Part shown: in pieces, positions 19,221 to 30,439 of the stretch
How positions within the stretch are numbered: position 1 is the first letter of the stretch
How the letters are laid out: every line of letters begins with the position of its first letter
Assembly: GCA_965262915.1 (NCBI GenBank)
Contig: OZ253564.1
Span: 64,001 to 128,000, forward strand
Reading direction: 5' to 3'
Length of the DNA stretch: 64,000 nt
Origin: Candidatus Spongiisociaceae bacterium
GTDB taxonomy: Bacteria > Actinomycetota > Acidimicrobiia > Spongiisociales > Spongiisociaceae
Translations under genes and position numbers: made by a program
Notes under the pieces: generated by a model
The model's input: the letters and a program-made list of their open reading frames with translations, nothing else
What the model was told of the DNA's origin: nothing
Database searches by the model: none

Positions 19221-20578
19221 CCCAGCCGCTCTCCGAGAATCCGGAGTTGCTGCCGCACCGAGGCGAACCCGGCGCCCCCGGTCGACCTGCGCCTGCGGAC
19301 CGATTCGACCGGTTCGGTGAGAGCCACGTCCTCAGGTTCGAAACGGGGATGGATCGCCTCGAGGTCCTCGGCGCCGGCCGCCGACAGCGTCCTTCCGTCA
19401 GCAAGCAAGGTCGACAGCAGCGCTCCCACCGCCCGGTGGGCTTCGCGGAACGGGACACCCCGCTCCACCAGCACCTCGGCCAGGTCGAGGGCGGTGACCG
19501 ACGAGTCGGGCGGCGCCGGATGGAAGTCGGCATTGGCCAGCAGAGCGGTCATCGCCTCCAACGAGCCGGCCAGAGCATCGTCGATGGCGAACAGCGCTGC
19601 CTTGTCCTCCTGCAGGTCGCGGTTGTAGGTCATCGGAAGGCCCTTCTGGAGAGCCATCAGTCCGGTCAGGTGCCCGATGGCGATGGCCGCCCTGCCGCGG
19701 GTCAACTCGGCGATGTCGGGGTTCTTTTTGTGAGGCATGGCCGACGAACCGGTTGTCAGCGCATCGCTGAAGGTGACCCAGCCGAATTCGGTGGTCGTCC
19801 AGAGCACGCACTCGGTGGCCAGCCGCGACAGGTGTACCAGAGCCTGGGCGGCGGCAAAGGCGTACTCGGATACATGATCCCGGGCAGCCACCGCATCCAT
19901 CGAGTTGATGAACCGGCCCTTCATCCCCAACAACTCGGCTGAACGGTCCGGGTCGAGCGGAAGGCTGCTCCCCCCAAGGGCGCCGGCCCCCAGCGGGGAA
20001 ACCTCGATGCGCCGGCCCAAGTCCTCAAAGCGCTCGATGTCCCTCAGCGCGGTTGACACGTATGACAGCAGGTGATGGGCGAACGGGACGGCCTGGGCCT
20101 GCTGGAGGTGGGTGTAGCCGGGGACCACCGTCTCTCCGACCGATTCGGCCGCTGTCATCATCGTGAGGGCGAACTCCCGCAACTGCGCGATCCTCTCGGA
20201 AGCCGAACGGCGCAGGTACAGGCGCAGGTCCAACGCCACCTGGTCGTTGCGTGACCGTCCCGTGTGCAGCTTTCCGGCTACCTCGCCCACCAGTTCGCCG
20301 AGCCGTCTCTCGACGGCCGAGTGGACATCCTCGTCAGCTTCGTGGAACCGGAAGGTCCCCTCGCCCGCCTCGGTCGCGATCTTCTCCAGACCCCGGATGA
20401 GGATGTCGACCTCTTCCCGATCCAGCAGCCCGGTATCCCCGAGCATGGTGACATGTGCGAGCGAACCTACGATGTCGTCGAGCAGTAGGCGGCGGTCGGA
20501 GTGGTCCACCGTGAAGCGCCACAATACTTCATCGGGATCCTCCGAGAAACGGCCTCCCCACATCTGGGCCACGGTCAT
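19217..20578 (-). CDS. argH: Argininosuccinate lyase
   Basis: WGGRF, EDVHSAVE, LHTGRSRNDQV, PGYTHLQQAQ, TGSSAMPHKKNPD, YNRDLQEDK. Confidence 0.97.
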   Translation of the reverse strand: MTVAQMWGGRFSEDPDEVLWRFTVDHSDRRLLLDDIVGSLAHVTMLGDTGLLDREEVDILIRGLEKIATEAGEGTFRFHEADEDVHSAVERRLGELVGEVAGKLHTGRSRNDQVALDLRLYLRRSASERIAQLREFALTMMTAAESVGETVVPGYTHLQQAQAVPFAHHLLSYVSTALRDIERFEDLGRRIEVSPLGAGALGGSSLPLDPDRSAELLGMKGRFINSMDAVAARDHVSEYAFAAAQALVHLSRLATECVLWTTTEFGWVTFSDALTTGSSAMPHKKNPDIAELTRGRAAIAIGHLTGLMALQKGLPMTYNRDLQEDKAALFAIDDALAGSLEAMTALLANADFHPAPPDSSVTALDLAEVLVERGVPFREAHRAVGALLSTLLADGRTLSAAGAEDLEAIHPRFEPEDVALTEPVESVRRRRSTGGAGFASVRQQLRILGERLG

Positions 20579-20618
20579 GCTCCCCGATCCGACGGCGGCT
20601 TAGGGTCGCTCAGCGCCG

Positions 20619-21815
20619 TCACCCCAGCCCCCGCCCGGCCTGCATGCGGAGACGGAGGGCGTTCAGCCGGATGAACCCCGTAGCGTCGGCCTGGTCGTAT
20701 GTACCACCCTCCTCGAAGGTCACGGTCTCCTGGTCGTAGAGGGTGTGGGAATCCGAGCGCCGGCCGACGACGATGGCATTGCCCTTGTACAGACGAAGGC
20801 GGGCGTCGCCGGTAACCCCTGCCTGGATCTCGTCCATGAATCCCTGGAGGGCTTCCCGCTCGGGAGAGAACCAGAACCCGTAGTAGACCATCTCGGCGTA
20901 GCGAGGCATCAGCTGGTCGCGGAGGTGGGCAAGCTCACGATCGAGCGTGATCGATTCCACCGCCCGGTGCGCATGGTGGAGGAGGGTGCCTCCCGGCGTC
21001 TCGTACACCCCCCGGTTCTTCATGCCCACGAAGCGGTTCTCCACCAGGTCCACCCGCCCGACCCCGTGGGTTCCGGCGATCAGGTTGCAGTGGGCCAGCA
21101 GGTCGGCCGGGGACATCTCCATGCCGTCGACCGCGACCGGGGTTCCCCGCTCGAAGGAGACTATGACCTCCTGGGGATCGTCCGGAGCATCTTCCGGATC
21201 GGTGGTCAGATTGAAGATCCCCGTAGGAGGACTCACCCACGGATCCTCCAGCACACCTCCTTCATAGGAGATGTGGAGCAGGTTGGCGTCGGTCGAGTAG
21301 GGCTTGTCGGGCGTGACCGGAATCGGTATGTCGTGCTTGTCGGCATAGGCAACGAGGTCGGCCCTTCCCCGCATGCTCCACTCCCGCCAGGGAGCGACCA
21401 CCCTTATGTCCGGCTTCAGGGCATAGGCGGAAAGCTCGAAACGCACCTGGTCGTTGCCTTTGCCCGTCGCTCCGTGGGAGATGGCTTCCGCACCGAAGGT
21501 CTCGGCGGCCCTGACCAAGCCCTTGGCGATGACAGGTCGGGCGAGCGACGTACCGAGCAGGTAGTAGTTCTCGTAGACAGCGTTGGCGCGGATCGCCGGC
21601 CACACGTATTCCTCGACGAACTCCTCCCGCAGGTCCTCGGCCACGGCTTCCACCGCACCGGTCGCGTACGCCTTGGCGACTGCTTCCTCGACCTCTTCTC
21701 CTTGGCCGACATCCGCCGTGTAGCAGACGACTTCGTAGCCGCGCTCCTCGATCAGCCACTTGAGGATGACCGACGTGTCCAGCCCTCCCGAGTACGCCAG
21801 CACCACCCGGCTCAT
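20619..21815 (-). CDS. argG: Argininosuccinate synthase
   Basis: [52 protein letters not shown]. Confidence 0.97.
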   Translation of the reverse strand: MSRVVLAYSGGLDTSVILKWLIEERGYEVVCYTADVGQGEEVEEAVAKAYATGAVEAVAEDLREEFVEEYVWPAIRANAVYENYYLLGTSLARPVIAKGLVRAAETFGAEAISHGATGKGNDQVRFELSAYALKPDIRVVAPWREWSMRGRADLVAYADKHDIPIPVTPDKPYSTDANLLHISYEGGVLEDPWVSPPTGIFNLTTDPEDAPDDPQEVIVSFERGTPVAVDGMEMSPADLLAHCNLIAGTHGVGRVDLVENRFVGMKNRGVYETPGGTLLHHAHRAVESITLDRELAHLRDQLMPRYAEMVYYGFWFSPEREALQGFMDEIQAGVTGDARLRLYKGNAIVVGRRSDSHTLYDQETVTFEEGGTYDQADATGFIRLNALRLRMQAGRGLG

Positions 21816-22285
21816 CCGTGCACTCCTATCTGCTCGATCAACTCGGCAACCGCCCGGCCACCGGTATCTTCGTCGGCGACGATGAGCATCGTGTCATCGC
21901 CGGCCACGGTACCCAGGACGCCGTCGAGTCCGGCGCCGTCGATCGCCGCTGCCACGACGTGGGCGGCGCCGGGCGGAGTCTTGACGACCACCAGGTTGCC
22001 ACTTGCGCGTACCGACTCCGCGTACGTGTACAGGGTCACGGCCAAGGCCTCCCGTGTGCGGGAAGAGGCAGGATCGGGTTCCCACATGTAGCGCATGGTT
22101 CCGTCCGCCGTCCTGACCTTGACCGCCCCCACGGCCTGCAGATCCCTCGAGACCGTGGCCTGGGTGACCGGGAATCCCTGCTCCGCCAGCAATCGGACCA
22201 GATCCGATTGGCTCGTGACGACCTGCTCCGAAAGGATGGTCCGCACGGCCCACTGGCGAGAGGCCGTCCTGTTCATGATGCACAA
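21812..22285 (-). CDS. argR: Arginine repressor
   Basis: SQSDLV...[29 protein letters not shown]; the start may be ATG 22276. Confidence 0.95.
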   Translation of the reverse strand: MCIMNRTASRQWAVRTILSEQVVTSQSDLVRLLAEQGFPVTQATVSRDLQAVGAVKVRTADGTMRYMWEPDPASSRTREALAVTLYTYAESVRASGNLVVVKTPPGAAHVVAAAIDGAGLDGVLGTVAGDDTMLIVADEDTGGRAVAELIEQIGVHG

Positions 22286-22313
22286 GTATGCACATCGGTG
22301 AATGAATATGCAA
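22278..22313. promoter_or_regulatory. Tandem ARG boxes (ArgR operator) at the argR start
   Basis: ATGCACAAGTATGCACATCGGTGAATGAATATGCA contains two TGCA/TGAA-N6-TGCA-type palindromes. Confidence 0.75.
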
Positions 22314-22316
22314 GGT

Positions 22317-22639
22317 CAGGTGTCAGGTGTGCCAGGTGCCAGGTGCCAGGGGGGCTAGGTGCCAGTCCTGGATGATCGGTTCTGCGGCCGCCGACGGCAC
22401 GGACAGATCACCAACCCAACTCAAACGCACCGAGAATCCTTCAGTCCCGCCAATCACCCCCGACACCCGAAACAGGTGCTAGGTACCAGGTGCCAGGTGC
22501 CAGTCCTCGATGATCGGTTCTGTAGCCGCCGACGGCACGGACAGATCACCAACCCAACTCAAACACACCGAGAAATCCTTCAGTCACCCCCGACACCTGG
22601 CACCTGGCTGGCACCTGACACCTGACACCCGACACCTGG

Positions 22640-22640
<1 letters not shown>
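22317..22640. repeat. Intergenic composite repeat: CCAGGTG/TCAGGTG heptamer runs flanking a ~100-bp direct repeat
   Basis: Heptamers at 22317-22363 and 22473-22503; reverse-complement CACCTGG/CACCTGA at 22594-22640; repeat units at ~22357-22467 and ~22495-22597. Confidence 0.85.
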
Positions 22641-24109
<1,469 letters not shown>

Positions 24110-24136
24110 GTGGCTTGCTCCTTGGGCTCTCGCTGA

Positions 24137-24363
24137 CTAGTGGTAGGTCTGTGAAATGGCGGCGTGGCACGCTGGATCATTTTGCAAACAGGACCACGGT
24201 GGTCTGTCTGTGAAATGGTGGTGTGACATGCGCCGGCAGCGGCGTTCCTCGCAAGGCCCGCCGACGAAGGCATACGCGCAGCGGTACGTCGAGGAGGCGG
24301 AACGCTGCGAGGGGCGTCGATGACAAGCAGGGCACGCCGGATCATTTTGCAGACAGATCATTG
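24137..24363 (+). repeat. MITE-like repeat: short copy (24137-24197) in tandem with a full copy (24198-24363)
   Basis: CTAGTGGTAGGTCTGTGAAATGG... then GTGGTCTGTCTGTGAAATGG...GCAGACAGATCA; supplies the stop codon of the upstream regulator. Confidence 0.85.
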
Positions 24364-25319
24364 GATACGGACATCTGTTGGGATCGGCGGCCGGCGGCCA
24401 CGAACAGGCCGGGACCCGTGGCGGCGCGGTCGGGTGGCAGGGACCGGATCACTACCCGATCGAACCCCGCTCGATCGAGGATCCTCTCGATGTTGGCGCT
24501 ATCGAACCCCAGCCAGACATGGCCCATGCGTTCCGCGAGCGCCTCGTCCTCGTGCTGCTCCATATCGACGATCATCAGCCGGGCACCCGTTTTCATGACC
24601 CGGGCCGCCTCGCGAATGACCCGCGCCGGATCCGCCACGTGGTGCAACACGAGGAACAGCGTGGCTGCGTCGAGGGACCGGTCGCCGATGGGCAGGGCCT
24701 CGAGATCACCGTTGCGTACCTCCACGTTGCACAACCCGGACAGGTTCTTCCTGGCTGCCTGAAGCATCGCGCTCGAGCCGTCCACTGCAATGACCCTCGC
24801 TACGAAGGGCGCCACCATCAGCGACACGTTTCCGGTCCCGCACCCGAGATCCCCGACCGTCCAGGCCGGGTCGAGGAGACCGAGCAGTCCCAGCAGATCG
24901 AACCGGTCACCGAACAACTCCGTCCTCACCCGCGCCCAGGCTTCTCCGGTCCTTGAGAAGTAGGCCTCGGAGGCCTCCCGGCGGGCTGCGAGGACCTCGG
25001 CCAACCGGGCACTGTCCGCTTGAATCTGCGCCAGGTCGGCGACACCCGAACCGACGAGATCCCACAAGCGGCGTCCCCCGTCGTCGGCGGACGCCGGCGC
25101 CAGGCTGTAGAAATGACGGGTGCCCTCTCTCCTCCTGGTCACCCAGCGGTGATCCAGCAGCACCTTCAGATGGCGGCTGGTGGTGGACTGCGGGAGCTCG
25201 AGGACCCGGCACAGATCGCCTACGGTCAGTTCGTGATCCTCGAGCACCGAGAGCAGTCGAACCCGTGTCAGGTCCGACAGCACTGACAGATGACCGAAGA
25301 TCTCCGCCGTCGAAGTCAC
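24342..25319 (-). CDS. sahR: ArsR-family HTH fused to a SAM-methyltransferase domain (SahR-like regulator)
   Basis: LSDLTRVRLL...QSTTSRHLKVL...RREG (ArsR) plus DLGCGTG, VLHHVADP; directly upstream of ahcY. Confidence 0.85.
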   Translation of the reverse strand: MTSTAEIFGHLSVLSDLTRVRLLSVLEDHELTVGDLCRVLELPQSTTSRHLKVLLDHRWVTRRREGTRHFYSLAPASADDGGRRLWDLVGSGVADLAQIQADSARLAEVLAARREASEAYFSRTGEAWARVRTELFGDRFDLLGLLGLLDPAWTVGDLGCGTGNVSLMVAPFVARVIAVDGSSAMLQAARKNLSGLCNVEVRNGDLEALPIGDRSLDAATLFLVLHHVADPARVIREAARVMKTGARLMIVDMEQHEDEALAERMGHVWLGFDSANIERILDRAGFDRVVIRSLPPDRAATGPGLFVAAGRRSQQMSVSNDLSAK

Positions 25320-25669
25320 CGCGGCTTGAACCTCCTTACCTTTAGATCAATCCGTATATCCGGGTGAACAGATTATACGGAGAATGCCAAACTTGCGCGG
25401 CAAGCGATCCCGGGAACGAGCGGGCGCGCACTCAAGGTCGGGAGCGTGATCCGGACATCAAAGAGGTGCTCGGGAAAGTTTCCCTCCGGCTGAGAGGGTT
25501 TAGGGACGAGAACCTGCATAAACTTTTATCTTCTTCCCGGCTCAACCGTGGGTCGGGCCGGGGCGATGGTAAGCGTGCTGCTCGAGAAGCGGATCGTACG
25601 TGTTTCACCGGAATCGCCGGTGGTGCAGCCAAGCACCCCGGCACACCGCGGGAAAAAGAAGGAGAATGC

Positions 25670-27148
25670 ATGACACTAAAACTCACCAAGATCTTTGCGC
25701 TCATGGCGACGCTGGCTCTGGTTGCCGCCGCGTGCGGCGGGGACACCGAAGAAGGGCCACCCCCGCCGCCCGAAACCGTGGTCGTGACATCGATCGTCAC
25801 AGAAACCGAGACCATCACCGAGACCGTCACGTCGGTCGTTACCGAGACGGTCACCGAAACCGTCACCGAAACCGTCGAGGTCGAGGTCGAAGTCCCGGTC
25901 GAAGTCGAGGTCGAGGTCGAGGTCGAGATGGAGAATCCCCTTGCCGGTACTACGGTGACGGTGTTCGGACCGGAAAGCTCCGATGCCGAGGCCGGATCTC
26001 ACCAGGCGGCGCTCGACATCTTCGCGGCCCAGAACGGCATGACCATCAGCTACACGGGCGAGAGAAGCTTCTCGGATCTGATCAACGCCCAAGCGGCGGG
26101 CGGTAATCCTCCCGATATCGCGGTGTTCCCGCAGCCGGGGAAGATCGCCGACTTCGCCCGCGAGGGATGGCTGCTGCCCATACCGGACGATGTTCTGGAG
26201 ACGATGAACGCCAACATCGGTGCAGCGTGGAACGCCTTCGGCAACGTTGACGGTATCCAGTACGCCATACCGACCAAGGCCGACCTGAAGTCGCTGGTGT
26301 GGTACCGCCCGGCCGATTTCTCGACCAACGGGTATGCGGTGCCGACTACGTGGGGCGAACTCAAGACTCTGTCCCAGCAAATGATCGACGACGGTAACGT
26401 GCCGTGGTGTATAGGCATCGAATCCGGGGGCGCCACCGGATGGGCCTTCACCGACTGGGTCGAGGACCTGACCCTCCGTTATCAGGGGGCAGATTTCTAC
26501 GACGAGTGGGTGGCCCACACGATCCCGTTCAACACACCCGAGATGAACGGCATCTGGACCGAGATCCTTGAGTTGTGGAATACGCCGGGCGCGGTCTATG
26601 CAGAAGGCGGCACGATCTCCTCCACCTTCTTCGGCGACAACGGAAGGCCGCTGGTCGAGGGCGACTGCATGATGCACCGCCAGGCCTCGTTCTTCTCGGC
26701 GTTCTTCCCGGACGGCACGGCCTTCGGGCCCGACGGAGTGGATATCTTCTACTTCCCGTCGGTGAAGGGTGACCGCCCGGTGCTGGGCGCCGGGACGCTG
26801 GTGGCCGCATTCCGCGACGCCCCCGAGGTGTGGGCCGTCATGGAGTATTACGCCACCGCGCAGTACGCCGACAACCGGCAGCGGTTCCAGAACCTGTCCA
26901 AGGGTGGTGGAGCGGTACTGAGCGGGTTCCTGTCGCCCAACCTCAACGCCGACCTGAGCCTGTACCAGCCCCTGGAACAGTCCTTCCTGGACATCCTGTT
27001 CACCGCAGAGGTGGTCCGGTTCGACGGTTCGGACCTGATGCCGGCCGCGGTCGGCGCCGGGTCGTTCTGGACCGAGTCGACCAGCGCGGTCAACGGAGAC
27101 AAGACGGTCGAGGAGGCGACCCAGGCCATCGAGAACTCCTGGCCCTGA
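25670..27148 (+). CDS. aglE: Alpha-glucoside ABC transporter substrate-binding lipoprotein (AglE-like)
   Basis: AAGGAG RBS, lipobox AAAC, PPDIAVFPQPG, KSLVWY, PWCIGIESGGATGW, HRQASF, RFDGSDLMPAAVG. Confidence 0.88.
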   Translation: MTLKLTKIFALMATLALVAAACGGDTEEGPPPPPETVVVTSIVTETETITETVTSVVTETVTETVTETVEVEVEVPVEVEVEVEVEMENPLAGTTVTVFGPESSDAEAGSHQAALDIFAAQNGMTISYTGERSFSDLINAQAAGGNPPDIAVFPQPGKIADFAREGWLLPIPDDVLETMNANIGAAWNAFGNVDGIQYAIPTKADLKSLVWYRPADFSTNGYAVPTTWGELKTLSQQMIDDGNVPWCIGIESGGATGWAFTDWVEDLTLRYQGADFYDEWVAHTIPFNTPEMNGIWTEILELWNTPGAVYAEGGTISSTFFGDNGRPLVEGDCMMHRQASFFSAFFPDGTAFGPDGVDIFYFPSVKGDRPVLGAGTLVAAFRDAPEVWAVMEYYATAQYADNRQRFQNLSKGGGAVLSGFLSPNLNADLSLYQPLEQSFLDILFTAEVVRFDGSDLMPAAVGAGSFWTESTSAVNGDKTVEEATQAIENSWP

Positions 27149-27184
27149 GCCGGTAACCTGAAGGCTAGATAGACGGTAGTGCTG

Positions 27185-27212
27185 GTGGGCGCCCCGGAGA
27201 CGGGGTGCCCAC
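27185..27212 (+). terminator. GC-rich hairpin after the SBP gene (terminator or mRNA stabiliser)
   Basis: GTGGGCGCCCCG-GAGA-CGGGGTGCCCAC. Confidence 0.6.
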
Positions 27213-27338
27213 TGCCCTATTACATATGTGCCCACACGGAGGTCGAGTTGTCGACAGGATGAGACCCAAATCAGGCGCAATCAAACCCTTAGCAGGCGCG
27301 GTCGCGACGAGACGGCTACGTAGATCGGGGTTCGCCAG

Positions 27339-29438
27339 ATGGTAGGGATTCTCAACTGGGTGGTCAACCTCGTCATGGCTGCCTGTATCGGTGTGGGAGT
27401 CACACTCTGGATCAACCGGGGCGCCAAGACATCGAACGCCCGCAAGGTGGCGGCGGTTGCGACCGGCGTGGTCCTCAGCGGCGCCTCGTTGTGGGGTGTG
27501 ATAGCCGTCGAGAAGCTGGAGAACACCGCGAGGGGGGTAGTGGTGTCAATCGTGGCGAGCGCACTGATATTCATCGCCGCCAACCAGCTCTTCGACCTCG
27601 CACCCAACCGATGGGCCATCTTCACCACCTTGGTCGGCGCGGGCGGGGCCTTTCTGGTCTACGCCTTGTTGTGGGGAAACCGAGCCATCGACGATCCGGT
27701 CCTGCGCACGGTGATCGCAACCCTCGTGGGCGCGGTTGCCGGTTACCTGTTGGGAACGGTCCACCACAAGTGGTTCCGGCTGGCCATCGGAATCGGTACC
27801 GGCGGGGCCTTGGGTGCGCTCGCGGCATCCGGGATGCGGAAGGTGATCCTGGTCTTCGAACTCGAGCGGGGGAACTTCGAGTTGTGGCCCGTCCTTCCTT
27901 ACGTCGACTACGGCGTTCTGGCAGGCGCCACCCTGGTCGGTGCAGTGGTCGGGCTCCTTCTGTGGCAGGCCAGAGGCCGTAGGAACCCGCCGACGCGCCC
28001 TGCGATACTCGGCGCCACGATCGGATTCCTATTCGGAGGATGGCTGCTTCCGAGCCTCGGCTCGGGAACCAAGACGGACGCCCTGATAGCGGCCATCGGT
28101 GTAGGGGTGGGGGTCGGAGCCTTAATCGGCCTCAAACCCATTCCCGACCAGACGGAACGGAGGCGCATCGAGGATGCCTCGCGCGCCTACATCTTCCTGG
28201 TCCCCGCGTTGGGGTTCATCGCCGCCACCCTCATCATCCCGACTCTACGGACCCTGTTCCTCTCGTTCCACGGCTCGCGCGGTCGGGAGTACGTCGGGTT
28301 CGTCAACTACCGGGACGTTTTCACCAGTCCCAACATCTTCAACGTCGAAGGCTGGGCCGGCATCTTCACGAGCAGGCTCTTCGTAGTGGGCGTCATCCTG
28401 GTCCTCGCCGGATTGATCGTGTCCATCCTGGTGGGCCGGCGCAGCGGCTACGCCATCCGTTTCTCGCCCGGCTCGGCCGGTGGCGCGGCCGTGGGTGTGG
28501 TGCTCGTCGCTTTCGCGGTCTTTGCCGCCTTGCGGGGGACCGTGCTCAACAACCTCTGGTGGGTGTTCACCGTGACGGTCCTGTCCGCGTCCGCCGGGCT
28601 GGCAATCGCGGTGCTGGCGGACCGGGCCAAATGGGAGTCGTTCGCCAAGGCCCTGATCTTCATGCCGATGGCCATCTCGTTCGTGGGCGCCGGTGTTATC
28701 TGGCGCTTCATGTACCTGGCGCGCGACGTGTCCAAACCCCAGACCGGGGTGCTCAACACGGTGTGGGTGGGGATCGGCAAGCTGAGCCTTTCTCGCGGAC
28801 CGGGATTCTTCGTGGCGGTCATCCTGTGCGTGGTTCTGGCAGCCCTGCTGGTACGCCTGGCGGGCCGGGCCTGGCGGGCCGGCGAGCGCACGGTCGGGGT
28901 GGGAGCGGCGATCTCCTCGCTGCCGCTCATCTGGTTCGCCTATGCACTAGGGCGAGGGATCGGGGGGTTCGAGGTACGCGACAACGGGGACGTGGTCGCC
29001 TCCACTATCCAGTTCGTGCAGAAGGCCCCGTTCAACAACGTATGGTTGATGCTGGTCCTGATCTGGATCCAGACCGGATTCACGATGGTGATCTTCTCGG
29101 CGGCCATCAAGGCGGTTCCCTCCGACCTGATCGAGGCAGCCCGGGTGGACGGCGCATCCGAGTCGCAGACCTTCTGGCGGGTCATCATTCCCCACATATC
29201 CCCGACCATCGGAGTGGTGATCACAACCCTGATCGTGCTGGTCATGAAGGTGTTCGACATCGTCAAGGTGATGACCAACGGCAACTTCGGCACCCAGGTC
29301 ATCGCCAATGAGATGTGGCAGCGCGCTTTCACCGAATTGAACTTCGGCCTCGGTTCGGCACTGGCGGTGGTCCTGTTCATCGCGGTGCTGCCCATCCTCT
29401 ACATCAACATACGCCGAATGCAGAAGGCGGCCGCCTGA
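27339..29438 (+). CDS. aglF: Sugar ABC transporter permease (AglF-like) with a large N-terminal membrane extension
   Basis: ALIFMPMAISFVGAGVIWRF, WIQTGF, EAARVDGAS, KVFDIV...TNGNFGT. Confidence 0.88.
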   Translation: MVGILNWVVNLVMAACIGVGVTLWINRGAKTSNARKVAAVATGVVLSGASLWGVIAVEKLENTARGVVVSIVASALIFIAANQLFDLAPNRWAIFTTLVGAGGAFLVYALLWGNRAIDDPVLRTVIATLVGAVAGYLLGTVHHKWFRLAIGIGTGGALGALAASGMRKVILVFELERGNFELWPVLPYVDYGVLAGATLVGAVVGLLLWQARGRRNPPTRPAILGATIGFLFGGWLLPSLGSGTKTDALIAAIGVGVGVGALIGLKPIPDQTERRRIEDASRAYIFLVPALGFIAATLIIPTLRTLFLSFHGSRGREYVGFVNYRDVFTSPNIFNVEGWAGIFTSRLFVVGVILVLAGLIVSILVGRRSGYAIRFSPGSAGGAAVGVVLVAFAVFAALRGTVLNNLWWVFTVTVLSASAGLAIAVLADRAKWESFAKALIFMPMAISFVGAGVIWRFMYLARDVSKPQTGVLNTVWVGIGKLSLSRGPGFFVAVILCVVLAALLVRLAGRAWRAGERTVGVGAAISSLPLIWFAYALGRGIGGFEVRDNGDVVASTIQFVQKAPFNNVWLMLVLIWIQTGFTMVIFSAAIKAVPSDLIEAARVDGASESQTFWRVIIPHISPTIGVVITTLIVLVMKVFDIVKVMTNGNFGTQVIANEMWQRAFTELNFGLGSALAVVLFIAVLPILYINIRRMQKAAA

Positions 29439-30388
29439 TGACGGCACTCGGCGGCGTAGGTGGCCCGGGCCTCGGCAAGCGGACCTACGCCTTTCTGCGG
29501 TCCATTCCAACGTGGGTGCTGTGGTTGCTCGTCCTCTTGTGGACGATTCCCAGCCTCGGCCTGTTCGTAAACTCGTTCCGGACCAGGAACGCCCAGCGAT
29601 CCAGCGGGTGGTGGCACACCCCGTTCGAGAACTATTCCGAGAATCTAACCCTCGACAACTACATCGACATCTTGACGGCCGGCGCGCAAGGCGGCCTGTG
29701 GCGCGCTCTGCTCAACTCCCTGGCCATAGCGCTACCCGCCACGGTGATCCCGATCGCCTTTGCCGCCTTTGCCGCCTACGCCTTCGCCTGGATCGACTTC
29801 AAGGGACGGGAGTGGCTGTTCATCGCCACCGTGTCCCTGCTGGCCATCCCCGCCCAGATGTCGCTGATCCCGCTCCTGCAGCTGTACAGCGGCGGAGGGC
29901 ACCTGACCATTCCCTTCCTTGAAAAGACCCTGACCCTGTTCCCCGATCTCGACCTGGCGGGCAGGCACATATCGGTGTGGCTTACCCACACCGGCTTCGC
30001 GCTGCCCTTCGCCATCTTCCTGCTCCACAACTACATCAGCGGGTTGCCCAAGGACATCTTCGAATCGGCTGTCATCGATGGCGCCGACCACTTCAAGATC
30101 TTCTGGCGGCTGGTCATCCCGCTGTCGATTCCTGTTCTGGCGGCCTTCGCCATCTTCCAGTTCCTCTGGACCTACAACGACTACCTGATCGCCGTCACCA
30201 TGCTGGGCGGGGCTGGACACAACTTCCCCGCCACCGCTCGCATCGCCGCTCTGTCGGGCGAGTTCGGACAGGCGGAACACCTGCTGACCGCCGGCGCGTT
30301 CCTCTCCACCCTGCTCCCGATCATCGTGTTCTTCGCCCTACAGCGGTTCTTCGTGAAGGGGATCCTGGCTGGCTCGGTAAAGGGCTAG
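29438..30388 (+). CDS. aglG: Sugar ABC transporter permease (AglG-like)
   Basis: LWTIPSLGL, AAYAFAW, HTGFALP, ESAVIDGA, IFQFLWTYND, LQRFFVKGILAGSVKG; ATG overlaps the upstream TGA. Confidence 0.9.
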   Translation: MTALGGVGGPGLGKRTYAFLRSIPTWVLWLLVLLWTIPSLGLFVNSFRTRNAQRSSGWWHTPFENYSENLTLDNYIDILTAGAQGGLWRALLNSLAIALPATVIPIAFAAFAAYAFAWIDFKGREWLFIATVSLLAIPAQMSLIPLLQLYSGGGHLTIPFLEKTLTLFPDLDLAGRHISVWLTHTGFALPFAIFLLHNYISGLPKDIFESAVIDGADHFKIFWRLVIPLSIPVLAAFAIFQFLWTYNDYLIAVTMLGGAGHNFPATARIAALSGEFGQAEHLLTAGAFLSTLLPIIVFFALQRFFVKGILAGSVKG

Positions 30389-30439
30389 CCTAGACAACTT
30401 TTGTTACATCATCACTCCGACATTTGATGCACTGGCCAG

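Noticed and set aside
24110-24345. SAH/SAM riboswitch upstream of ahcY (and FMN riboswitch upstream of ribD)
   Set aside because: The interval is filled by MITE copies and no riboswitch consensus is recognisable; an Infernal scan would be decisive
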